Positions 1 through 9,042 of a stretch of 64,000 nucleotides of DNA are shown here, in pieces. The DNA lies in the NCBI GenBank assembly GCA_947385375.1, contig CANDKR010000001.1, forward strand, positions 1,333 through 65,332. The letters run 5' to 3'. Source of the stretch: an uncultured Clostridia bacterium. GTDB taxonomy: Bacteria; Bacillota; Clostridia; TANB77; CAG-508. Both the position numbers and the translations under genes were made by a program. The stretch's first letter is position 1; each line of letters opens with the position of its first letter. A model generated the notes under the pieces. The model was not told where the DNA came from. It did not search any database and saw nothing but the letters and a program-made list of their open reading frames with translations.

Positions 1-162
1 CAAGGATATAACTAGCAGAATAAGACAGTATAACAAAGAGTATATATAAATATAATAGATAACTGTAATTAAGTATGTATATAAGAACAACCTCGCAAAC
101 AGGCTTGAAATAGCCAAGAGTGGAGGCTGTTTGATATATATTATATAACTTCTTACACTCTG

Positions 163-188
163 TTGCACAAAATCTTGATTTTGTGCAA
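163..188. promoter_or_regulatory. Perfect 26-bp palindrome TTGCACAAAATC-TT-GATTTTGTGCAA, a candidate operator or hairpin
   Basis: Read directly from the sequence. The 12-bp arms are exact reverse complements. It is intergenic, downstream of the A2M-like gene. Confidence 0.5.
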
Positions 189-203
189 TGTTCAATATCA
201 CCC

Positions 204-240
204 AAAAGGGGTCTATCTATCTAACCCCCTCTTTCTTTCT
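204..240. terminator. Bidirectional Rho-independent terminator (GGGG..CCCC hairpin with T/A runs on both sides)
   Basis: The plus strand reads aaaaGGGGtctatctatctaaCCCCctctttctttct. The minus-strand reading places a U-run after the stem, directly downstream of the gene's stop at 257. Confidence 0.55.
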
Positions 241-256
241 AGGTGTTATTTAAAAA

Positions 257-3200
257 TTATTCTGCTATTGTTATATTTACTGGTTTGCTATATCCTTCAT
301 TACTTGGATTGTAATAATCATAAGTTCTAATCATTGCTCCAGAGATTTGTTCTGGATAATTTGCTCTAAATTCTAAATCTAAATTCAAACTTAAATCAGA
401 ATTCAAATTTCTAATATACAAATTAATTTTGTTATAATTATATTCATATTTTTCAATAATTCCTGAAAGTTCTAATTTTGCTAAACTCTCCTCTATTACC
501 GAACAACCTTGTGGTATAGAGACCTGTATTAAGCCATTTCTTATCGTGTCTTCTGTGTTGTTTGTTACTGTAATGTTTGAATGAATAATATCATTTACTT
601 TTACTGATGTATCAATAGTTTGCTCTACTTTTATCTTTTGTTCTTCTGTGTTTAAATTATCATATTCAATATAGTATTCTTCTACTATTTCATAATGCAA
701 TTTGCCTTTTTTAGCCTCTATTTCGACTTTATTCTCCTCTTTTATGTCTTCAAATACTAATTCATATATATCTAAAGGATTATCTTTAATTTCTATTTCA
801 CGTGCATCATCATTAACTTTAACTTGTAGTTTTTGATTTTTAATATTACTATTTGAATTTGCACAGTTTATAGCTTTTAAAGCAAGTATTGTTCCTTGTG
901 TAGTTGACCATGTTCCGTAAGAATCTTTATGCGCAATAATATATTGTAAAAATGCGTTATTAGTTGAAAGATTAGCATTTGATTTTGTTAATGCCATTGA
1001 AGCTAGTGCTGTTGTTTGTATATTTTGATAATATCCATAGCAACCCCAATAATCTTTTATAGGAGATGTTATATAAGCTCCTCCCTCTTCGTCTTCTTCT
1101 ACTGCTTCCATTAATTTTTTGATAGTTTTACTTGCTAATCCACTATTAGTATTTTCGAACACATTCGCCATTAATGATAAGGTATAATTATCAGTAACAT
1201 CATCTACTTTGTCTTCTAAGTAGTTTACAGACTTATTAAGTCTTGTATCTTCTGGACAAGCCTCAGATAATGCCCATATAATATATGCACTCATTGCTAA
1301 ATTATCAGTTGAAGACGCATTACCAATATAGGTTGAGCCTATTTCAAAACTTCCGTCTAAGTGCTGTTCGCTAAACAAATATTCAATCATATTATTTGTA
1401 ATATTTTCGTCAATTTCATAAACTTCTTTTAAATTAGTAAATTCCATTAGTCCAAAGGCTGTTATTACAGTTTCTGGTGGATTACCACCATATAACGAAT
1501 ATCCGCCTTTTGTACTTGTTTCATAAGTTAATAGTTTTTGATAACCTTTTGAAATGAAATCTAAAGCTTTTTCTTTTATTTCTGGGTCATTTAAGCCTGT
1601 GTCCTCTAAGTATTTAAGTGCTAGTATATCTGGATATAACGATGAAGAAGTCTGTTCAAAACATCCAGTTGGCATTCTAAATATGTTTTCCATACCCTCA
1701 ATTGTTTGAGAAATTACTGATGGATATAATTTTACTCTTAGTTTTCTAGTTCCATCAATTGCAGGTTCAGTTGTAAAGTGGTCTAGTTTTAAAGTTTTTT
1801 CTGCTACTCCACTTGCGACTACTTTAGTTTTCTCAAAGCCGTTTGGACTTACTGTAAAGCTCTTTTCAACAATATCAGAAAGCCCGTTTGCTGATGCTTC
1901 TATTCTTAAAGTATTGTTTCCTGCTTTTATTAGTTCAATTGGTACATAAATCATTTTTGTAGAATTAGATAAAACATCAACTGTTTTGTCATAGTTGTCA
2001 ATTGTAGACCAATCGTTTGCTTTTACATCAAGTGTTACTTTTAATTCTGAATCAGTATAATTATAGATAGTTACTGGTATGTTAGTTTTATCTGTAACTA
2101 CTGAATTTGTAGGCATAGTAAAATCTATGAAGAATTCTTGAAATACCTTAAAATCAGCAGAGGTAAATCCAACTCTACCATCTTTTGTATTTCCTACTGC
2201 TTGTATGTTCCAAGTAGTAATATTATCACTTATATCTAAGCTTGTACTAACATTTCCATTTTTAGCTACTAGCTCTGGTATAAAAGCTAAGCTTTCTAAG
2301 AAAATATTTCTTACATTTTCTGTTACTTCTTCATTTGCACTTGGTGCTGTTTCTGATATTATTTCTTCTGGAACTGAATTTTCTGCTTCTACCCTATCAG
2401 ATTTTTGAGCAGTCGATAATACTCCATCAAAACTTATTTCTTCCCTCATTGAACCACCGCTAAAGCCATCATTCATTACCATATCTACTGGTATTTGTCC
2501 AGCAGCATTTGTGATAGAATTTGTTGAAGAATTATATATATACAAAAATGCCATTCCAGCGATTATTCCTATAATTACCCAAAAAACAGCAAAATTTGTA
2601 ACTTCTGTAGGTGTCTTTTTATCAGAATTTTTAACAGTCCTATTATAAATTTTCTCTGAAAGCCAATATAATACTAAAGCAATAAGGATTCCTACTACTT
2701 CACTATAAATATCAAATGCAGATACTATAACTCCAGTAAGTACATATATAATTTCTGATTTTGTACATTGACTTAGTACAGTTTTTAGCTTGTCCCAAAA
2801 AGCATTTAATTTATATTTTCTTGAAATCACAATCAATATAGTCATTAAAATTGCAGGTATTAATAATATTGCAATTCCAATTGCTTCGTTATATAAATTT
2901 TGAACTACTAAAGCTATTAAAAATATAGAAGCTGGTAATATTGCTAAATTAATAATTGCATTAAATAATTGTATATAATATCTATATAAAACTAATACAT
3001 AAAGTATTATAGTAGCAATTCCTATTAGTATAAGAGTTGCAATTTCTGATAAATTCATTTCATAACATAGGTAATCTCCAAAACATAAGCATATTAATAA
3101 GAAAACGGCCGTTAACGAAATCATATTTACTATAACAGTTTTAATTTTTGGAAATCTACTAGCTAATAATAAATATAGTAAAGCTATTGCTATAACACCG

Positions 3201-5203
3201 AAAATTAATGCTCTTATAATGTATTCCTCTACATCGTTATTACTATAATATGGGCTCGTAGTTTGCGTTATATTAGGAGTTGTAGGTGCTTGTTTTAATA
3301 GTGCAATTCTTAATTTGCTTTCAGCTTTTTCGTCTAATATTTCAGCATATAAATCAGCTGCCGTGACACCTTCTGTAAGCTCTATATCTTGCAAAGCAAG
3401 TTTTATATTATCTATTGATAAATCATTATCTGCTAAAGATAAAATTGCTTCATCTAATATGCTAACTAAAAGTGCTGTATCAATGTTTTCACCATTTTCA
3501 TTTTTACTTGTAAGATTTAAGTTTAGCTTTTCACCTGGCTTATATTCTTCTTTATCAGTTGTAACTGCAAGATCTAAAGTCTTATTTGGTGAGATGAATA
3601 TAGTCTTCTTTGAGTAAAAGGTTGAAATACTAGAAACAGAACTATCATAACGAACAATGCTATTTACTGGCATAACATCATCATAGTAATAATTATAATA
3701 ATCTAGTCTATTTTTTGAGTATATATCAATTAAACCATAAGTATCTTCTAAATTAAAAGTAACTTCATCTGAATCTGTTGAAATAACTTTTAATAGTTCT
3801 TCATTTTTACAAATATAAATTTCTTTTTTTGAAGTATCTGTTGTTCCTTTTAAGTTCAATGTGATATCTTCATTTTGTTTATATTTTACTTTATCTAAGC
3901 TAACTATTGTACCTACATATTCTGTAATATATGTTGGATATCCTGTATTTACAGTATTTCCGTCCATATCAGTAGCAGATATTGTTATAACATCATTACT
4001 AAGTTCATTACCTCTCATTTTTATATCTTGAGCTGATAATTCAAGAACACCAAGACCTGAGTCATCAGTAACAATTTGCCTTGTTATATTACCTAAACTT
4101 GCTTCAATATGAGTTTTTACAGGTGTTCCATCTATATTTTTTGTAAGGAAATATATTTTATTATCTACCCCTTTTACAATTGCATTATTTTCAGGCATAA
4201 CTTCGACTTCAAATAAATCAGTTCCCACATAAACAGTTTTTGAAGCTTCAATTAAATAATTTGAAGAGTCTATTACTTCTGCTTTTATATCATATTTTCC
4301 TGATAAATCTATTTTTTCAGAATATTCAAAAATACCTTCTGCATTAGTAAGTCCAGAAAATTCTTTATCATTTATAGTTCCTTTTACTGTAGCATTTGCT
4401 ACTGGTTCACCAAAGAAATAATTTGCTTTTACAGTAAAGCCTACATCATTTCCAATTAAATATTTATCTTGTGTAGTTTCTAAATTTACTTCAAAAGTAG
4501 GGATTACATATGGATTTACAGTAAATGACTTACTGTTTTTCATAGTTTTTGTTGAAATTGTAATTTTATATTCCCCACTATTTACTTCATTTGCTAAAGC
4601 AAATTTTCCAGTAACAATACCAAATTCAGAAGTTTTAGTTCTATCTATATATACCCTATTTTCATTTCCATCATATATAGAAATTTCTACATCTTCTTCT
4701 AGTGGTGTGTCATCTTTTTTAGAAAGTAATAATGCTCTAAAATTAACTTCATCACCTGGTTTATAAATTCCTTTATCAAGTGAAATTACCGCTGTTTCTG
4801 TTGTTTTATTAGTAATATTTAAGTTTATTTTTTCAGAATCACTATCAAAACCACTTTGAGCAGTAAATATCAAAGTATATTTCCCAGTGTCTAAGTTTTC
4901 AGGTAAAGGTATTGAAAATTTTGCCTTCTCCCCTTCCTCTATCTTATAATTTCCCTTGAATTTTTTTACTTTTTTGTTATTACTGTCGCGCATTTCTACT
5001 GTTATTTTACTTTTTACAGATTTTTCTGTTTTCTTTTTAGTTACTCCTACTACGGCTTCTACTGATCCAGAAGTAGAAAGTTCACTTGCAGTTACTATAT
5101 CCAGTACAAGCTTATTTGTTGTAAAAATCTTGAAACTATTATAAGCACATAAGATTACAGCAACTAGAAAAATCAAAATAAATAATGGTTTTAATTTTTT
5201 CAT
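257..5203 (-). CDS. Alpha-2-macroglobulin family protein (1648 aa). It has an N-terminal signal or anchor, MG-like Ig domains, an internal block of about 8 TM helices, the A2M domain, a thioester-type motif GCFEQ, a TED and a receptor-binding-like C-terminus
   Basis: RBS AAGGGGAAGAAT precedes the ATG. Motifs: DNITTWNIQAVGNTKDGRVGF (A2M domain), PTGCFEQT (CxEQ thioester) and an alpha/alpha-toroid region. A hydrophobic stretch of about 260 aa lies between the MG region and the A2M domain. Confidence 0.8.
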   Translation of the reverse strand: MKKLKPLFILIFLVAVILCAYNSFKIFTTNKLVLDIVTASELSTSGSVEAVVGVTKKKTEKSVKSKITVEMRDSNNKKVKKFKGNYKIEEGEKAKFSIPLPENLDTGKYTLIFTAQSGFDSDSEKINLNITNKTTETAVISLDKGIYKPGDEVNFRALLLSKKDDTPLEEDVEISIYDGNENRVYIDRTKTSEFGIVTGKFALANEVNSGEYKITISTKTMKNSKSFTVNPYVIPTFEVNLETTQDKYLIGNDVGFTVKANYFFGEPVANATVKGTINDKEFSGLTNAEGIFEYSEKIDLSGKYDIKAEVIDSSNYLIEASKTVYVGTDLFEVEVMPENNAIVKGVDNKIYFLTKNIDGTPVKTHIEASLGNITRQIVTDDSGLGVLELSAQDIKMRGNELSNDVITISATDMDGNTVNTGYPTYITEYVGTIVSLDKVKYKQNEDITLNLKGTTDTSKKEIYICKNEELLKVISTDSDEVTFNLEDTYGLIDIYSKNRLDYYNYYYDDVMPVNSIVRYDSSVSSISTFYSKKTIFISPNKTLDLAVTTDKEEYKPGEKLNLNLTSKNENGENIDTALLVSILDEAILSLADNDLSIDNIKLALQDIELTEGVTAADLYAEILDEKAESKLRIALLKQAPTTPNITQTTSPYYSNNDVEEYIIRALIFGVIAIALLYLLLASRFPKIKTVIVNMISLTAVFLLICLCFGDYLCYEMNLSEIATLILIGIATIILYVLVLYRYYIQLFNAIINLAILPASIFLIALVVQNLYNEAIGIAILLIPAILMTILIVISRKYKLNAFWDKLKTVLSQCTKSEIIYVLTGVIVSAFDIYSEVVGILIALVLYWLSEKIYNRTVKNSDKKTPTEVTNFAVFWVIIGIIAGMAFLYIYNSSTNSITNAAGQIPVDMVMNDGFSGGSMREEISFDGVLSTAQKSDRVEAENSVPEEIISETAPSANEEVTENVRNIFLESLAFIPELVAKNGNVSTSLDISDNITTWNIQAVGNTKDGRVGFTSADFKVFQEFFIDFTMPTNSVVTDKTNIPVTIYNYTDSELKVTLDVKANDWSTIDNYDKTVDVLSNSTKMIYVPIELIKAGNNTLRIEASANGLSDIVEKSFTVSPNGFEKTKVVASGVAEKTLKLDHFTTEPAIDGTRKLRVKLYPSVISQTIEGMENIFRMPTGCFEQTSSSLYPDILALKYLEDTGLNDPEIKEKALDFISKGYQKLLTYETSTKGGYSLYGGNPPETVITAFGLMEFTNLKEVYEIDENITNNMIEYLFSEQHLDGSFEIGSTYIGNASSTDNLAMSAYIIWALSEACPEDTRLNKSVNYLEDKVDDVTDNYTLSLMANVFENTNSGLASKTIKKLMEAVEEDEEGGAYITSPIKDYWGCYGYYQNIQTTALASMALTKSNANLSTNNAFLQYIIAHKDSYGTWSTTQGTILALKAINCANSNSNIKNQKLQVKVNDDAREIEIKDNPLDIYELVFEDIKEENKVEIEAKKGKLHYEIVEEYYIEYDNLNTEEQKIKVEQTIDTSVKVNDIIHSNITVTNNTEDTIRNGLIQVSIPQGCSVIEESLAKLELSGIIEKYEYNYNKINLYIRNLNSDLSLNLDLEFRANYPEQISGAMIRTYDYYNPSNEGYSKPVNITIAE

Positions 5204-5283
5204 ATTCTTCCCCTTTTTTACTATTTATCTAATTAAATTATATCTAAAACAAATAGCAAAAACCATTATTCTACAAAATTGTA

Positions 5284-5314
5284 ATAAAAAAGACATACTT
5301 TTAACAAGTATGCC
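5284..5314 (-). terminator. Rho-independent terminator downstream of rho
   Basis: Minus-strand hairpin GGCATACTT-GTTAA-AAGTATGTC followed by TTTTTTATTAC. Confidence 0.6.
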
Positions 5315-5327
5315 TTAATAATTATTT

Positions 5328-6617
5328 TTAGTCTTTTAAAGTTTTTGAAAAAGTTTCAATAAACTCTTTATTAGTCTTTGTTTTAATCATTCCAGTAAGT
5401 ATTTTCTCTGTCATATCAGCTGTTGACAATGTGCTTAAAGCTTTTCTGATTGCATTTACTGTTTCAAGCTCATTATCTTGTAATAACAAGTCATCTCTTC
5501 TAGTACCTGATTTGTTTATATCAATAGCTGGGAAAATTCTTCTTTCTGATAAACTTCTGTCTAAACAAACTTCCATATTACCAGTACCTTTGAATTCTTC
5601 AAAAATTACTTCATCCATTCTACTTCCAGTTTCTACCAAAGCAGAAGCAAGTATTGTTAAGCTACCTGCATCCTCAGTATTTCTAGCAGCACCGAAAAAT
5701 CTTTTTGGCTTATATAAAGCACTTGGATCAAAACCACCAGATAATGTCTTTCCAGAAGAAGGAACTACTAAGTTATAAGCTCTTGCAAGTCTTGTGATAC
5801 TGTCTAATAAAATAACAACATCTTTACCTTGTTCAGTAAGTCTCTTTCCTCTTTCAACAACCATTTCTGCTACTTTTACGTGATGTTCTGGCTGTTCGTC
5901 AAAAGTTGAATAAATAACTTCACCTTTTACAGAACGTTTCATATCAGTAACTTCCTCTGGTCTTTCATCTATTAATAATACTATAAGTTCGACTTCAGGT
6001 TTATTAGTAGAGATACTGTTTGCAATTTTCTTCAAAATAGTTGTTTTTCCAGCTTTTGGTGGAGCAACTATCATACCTCTTTGACCTTTTCCTATTGGTG
6101 ACATTAAGTCCATAATTCGCATTGTGTAATCAGTTGAAGAAGTTTCTAATTTCAATCTTTCGTTTGGATAAATAGGTGTTAAGTCATCAAAGCTTGTTCT
6201 TTTCATAGCTTTATCAGGGCTTTCACCATTAACTTCACCAACGAAAATTAAAGCAGGAAATCTCTCACCTTCTTTAGCTTGTCTTTTTATACCTTTTACA
6301 ACGTCACCAGTATCTAGTTTAAATCTTCTAATTTGAATTGGTGAAACATATACGTCTTTTGGTGTTGATAAATAGTTATTACCTCTTAAAAATCCGTATC
6401 CATCTGGTAATAACTCTAAGATACCTTCAACAAATTCGTCTGAAGCTGAATTCAATTCAAATTTTTCTTTGGGTTTCTTATCTTCTTCCTTATGCTCTTT
6501 CTCGTATTCTAATAAAGCATCTAGAAGCTCATTTTTCCTAAGTTTTGCAACATTTTTAATGCCCCACTCCTCTGCAATTTCGCGTAGTTCAACCATAGAG
6601 CGTCCTACTAAATCCAT
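5328..6617 (-). CDS. rho: Transcription termination factor Rho
   Basis: N-terminal Rho domain; ATP-binding motif [16 protein letters not shown]; RecA-like core and C-terminus. Confidence 0.93.
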   Translation of the reverse strand: MDLVGRSMVELREIAEEWGIKNVAKLRKNELLDALLEYEKEHKEEDKKPKEKFELNSASDEFVEGILELLPDGYGFLRGNNYLSTPKDVYVSPIQIRRFKLDTGDVVKGIKRQAKEGERFPALIFVGEVNGESPDKAMKRTSFDDLTPIYPNERLKLETSSTDYTMRIMDLMSPIGKGQRGMIVAPPKAGKTTILKKIANSISTNKPEVELIVLLIDERPEEVTDMKRSVKGEVIYSTFDEQPEHHVKVAEMVVERGKRLTEQGKDVVILLDSITRLARAYNLVVPSSGKTLSGGFDPSALYKPKRFFGAARNTEDAGSLTILASALVETGSRMDEVIFEEFKGTGNMEVCLDRSLSERRIFPAIDINKSGTRRDDLLLQDNELETVNAIRKALSTLSTADMTEKILTGMIKTKTNKEFIETFSKTLKD

Positions 6618-6706
6618 AAATTACCTCCTAAAATATGTTTATATAATTAAAATTTGTATGTTTGGAAATTTTTCAAAGAATAATTTGAAAATTAGAAAAA
6701 AAGAAA

Positions 6707-6985
6707 TTATTTAGACATATCAACAAATACCTTTTCATTAGGTAAATACATATCTAATTTTTCTCTTGCTATATCTTCGATATATTCTGGAGAATTAACA
6801 TTTTCTTTTTCTGCAATAAGTTCTTCTTTTTGTTCATTTAAATCATTAATTTGATCTTGATAGTATTGCTTCTCAGAAGCATAGCTATCTAACTTTACTT
6901 GTTGATTGTAAAGTATATAAACCGCATAAATAACTAAAGCTACAACTATTAACTTATAAAGTTTTGATTTAAAAAACTCTCTCAT
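6707..6985 (-). CDS. divIC: Septum formation initiator family protein (DivIC/FtsB-like)
   Basis: About 92 aa with an N-terminal TM and a coiled coil. It follows yabP-yabQ as in Bacillus. Confidence 0.7.
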   Translation of the reverse strand: MREFFKSKLYKLIVVALVIYAVYILYNQQVKLDSYASEKQYYQDQINDLNEQKEELIAEKENVNSPEYIEDIAREKLDMYLPNEKVFVDMSK

Positions 6986-7326
6986 TTGTGCATCTCCATT
7001 ATTTTATTTACTAAGAATCTTATTGCTTTAAAAATACTCTTAAACATTATAACACATACTTTACTTATTGTCAAAGAATATACTAAAATTCCCAAGCACA
7101 CAGCTAAAATGATATAAAATCGTAACATTCCTTTTGAAATTAATAATATACTACTAACTACTATCACAGCGCTTAAGCTTAAGAAAATTCCATCTTCTAT
7201 ATATGTTATTAAATCTGAAGTTTTAAAAATATATCTACTACTTCTAAAAATATCGAATATAAAACATAAAAACATTCCTACTATACAATAGCATAAAAAC
7301 TCTTGTCCTTGATTTAAGCCTTCCAT
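6982..7326 (-). CDS. yabQ: Spore cortex biosynthesis membrane protein YabQ-like
   Basis: Small multi-TM protein lying between a yabP-like and a divIC-like gene; the call rests on this synteny. Confidence 0.6.
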   Translation of the reverse strand: MEGLNQGQEFLCYCIVGMFLCFIFDIFRSSRYIFKTSDLITYIEDGIFLSLSAVIVVSSILLISKGMLRFYIILAVCLGILVYSLTISKVCVIMFKSIFKAIRFLVNKIMEMHK

Positions 7327-7337
7327 CTTCCCTGCCC

Positions 7338-7616
7338 TTATTTAAAAATTTTACTTAATATATTTGTATTTTTCGTTCCTTCAAAGCCACCTTCTGAGTA
7401 AGCTAAGCTTGAAATATGGCCATTCAAACTAAAGTCGGAAGTATCGATGTTTAGCTTGTTTATTTTCAAGTTTTCTCCTTTGATAGTAAGAAGTCCTAGC
7501 TCAGTTTCTACAATTACAATTTGATCATCAAAACTTAAAACATCCGATACTCCACTAATAGTAAGCTTTTCTCTACTTTCTAACAAAATATTTTGCATAA
7601 TATTCTTATCTTCCAT
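7338..7616 (-). CDS. yabP: Sporulation protein YabP
   Basis: 92 aa with a YabP-like sequence (LTISGVSDVLSFDDQIVIVETELGLLTIKGENLKI). Confidence 0.75.
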   Translation of the reverse strand: MEDKNIMQNILLESREKLTISGVSDVLSFDDQIVIVETELGLLTIKGENLKINKLNIDTSDFSLNGHISSLAYSEGGFEGTKNTNILSKIFK

Positions 7617-7671
7617 AACTTATCTCCTTTCTAAGTTTTAGTAAATTATATTCGGAAGTTTCAAAGATATG

Positions 7672-7712
7672 ACAAAAAAACTCTACTTTTAAATAAGTAG
7701 AGTTTTAAATTT
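7672..7712. terminator. Bidirectional terminator downstream of the aspartate kinase gene
   Basis: AACTCTACTT-TTAAAT-AAGTAGAGTT, a 9-10 bp perfect stem flanked by an A-run and a T-run. Confidence 0.65.
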
Positions 7713-8942
7713 TTACTTAAAGAATTTTTCGTGTATTGCTTTTACTGCTAAATCTGCTTTGTTTGCGTCTACTAGAACTGAAATCTTAATCTCAGAAGTA
7801 GTTACCATATGCATATTTATATTATTTTCATATAATGCTTCAAACATATCTGCCGCAACTCCTGGTTTGTTTGCAATGCCAACACCAATTATTGAGACTT
7901 TACTTAAGTTTTCACAATGCAAAATTTCTTTAGCATTTATTTCTTCTTTGTGATTTTCTAAAACTTCTAAAGTCTTAGGTAAATCGCCCATTTTTACTGT
8001 GAAAGCTAAGTCTTTTGTAATATGTTCTCCAAAAGATTGAACAATTATATCTACATTTATCGAATGTTCTGATAATAATTTGAAAAGTGAATAAGTCCTG
8101 CCGATTTTATTTTCTAAGCCAACGACCGTAATTCTAGAGATGTAATCATCTTTAGTAACACCATTGATTACTAAATCTTCTAAATTATTATCTTTTGTAA
8201 CTAAACTTCCAATACTGTTTTTCTCAAAAGTTGATTTTACATATATTGGAACATCATATTTCTTTCCAATCTCTACACATCTGTTGTGAAGTACTTTTGC
8301 TCCCATGCTTGAAAGTTCAAGCATTTCATCATAAGAAACAGCATCCATTTTTCTAGGTTCTGGAATAATCCTTGGATCTGCTGAGAAAACTCCATCAACG
8401 TCTGTATATATATCACATCTATCTGCGCCTAAGCTTGCAGATAATGCTACTGCTGTTGTATCTGAGCCACCTCTACCTAAAGTAGTGATGTTTCCATTTT
8501 CATCTACTCCTTGGAAACCTGCAACAATAACAACGTTTCCAGCTCTCAAATATTCTGTAATAGTTTCATTATGGATATATCTAATCCTACTATTAGAATA
8601 ATTTGAATTTGTTACTATTGGGATTTGCCAACCAGTTAACGAAATAGCTTTTATTCCTTGTTGTTCTAAAGCCATACTAAGTTTTGCTATTGTAATTTGC
8701 TCACCTGTTGAAACTAAAACATCATGCTCTCTAGGTGAAGGATTTTTTGCTATTTCCTTCTCTTCTGCAATAAGTCTATCAGTTGTTTTCCCTTGTGCTG
8801 ATACTACCACTACTACTTGGTTTTTTAAGTCTAATTCTTTCTTAATGTGCTCTGCAACTAATTTCAATTTTTCTGTAGTTGCTACAGAACTTCCTCCAAA
8901 TTTTTGTACAATTAACCCCATAAGTTGTACCCTCTTTATCAA
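7713..8942 (-). CDS. Aspartate kinase. The start is probably at the internal Met (MGLIVQKFGGSS), about 8921
   Basis: Glycine-rich kinase N-terminus KFGGSSV; aspartokinase catalytic domain plus two ACT domains. Confidence 0.88.
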   Translation of the reverse strand: MIKRVQLMGLIVQKFGGSSVATTEKLKLVAEHIKKELDLKNQVVVVVSAQGKTTDRLIAEEKEIAKNPSPREHDVLVSTGEQITIAKLSMALEQQGIKAISLTGWQIPIVTNSNYSNSRIRYIHNETITEYLRAGNVVIVAGFQGVDENGNITTLGRGGSDTTAVALSASLGADRCDIYTDVDGVFSADPRIIPEPRKMDAVSYDEMLELSSMGAKVLHNRCVEIGKKYDVPIYVKSTFEKNSIGSLVTKDNNLEDLVINGVTKDDYISRITVVGLENKIGRTYSLFKLLSEHSINVDIIVQSFGEHITKDLAFTVKMGDLPKTLEVLENHKEEINAKEILHCENLSKVSIIGVGIANKPGVAADMFEALYENNINMHMVTTSEIKISVLVDANKADLAVKAIHEKFFK

Positions 8943-9042
8943 TTGAATAACAGTAACTTTTAATTATAAAAATTACATAATCTAAGGCTTAATATATTAT
9001 ATTTTCCTGAAATATAATATGTGAAGATAATATCATATTTTA

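Noticed and set aside
2205-5144. Plus-strand ORFs (2205-2408, 3315-3617, 4956-5144 and many similar ones throughout the window) embedded in minus-strand genes
   Set aside because: They sit antisense inside well-supported long genes, have low-complexity Ser/Leu/Phe-rich translations, and lack RBSs. They are typical shadow ORFs of an AT-rich genome.
8943-9042. Lysine (L-box) riboswitch ahead of the aspartate kinase gene
   Set aside because: The leader is only about 100 nt, too short for an L-box, and has no recognisable conserved helices.
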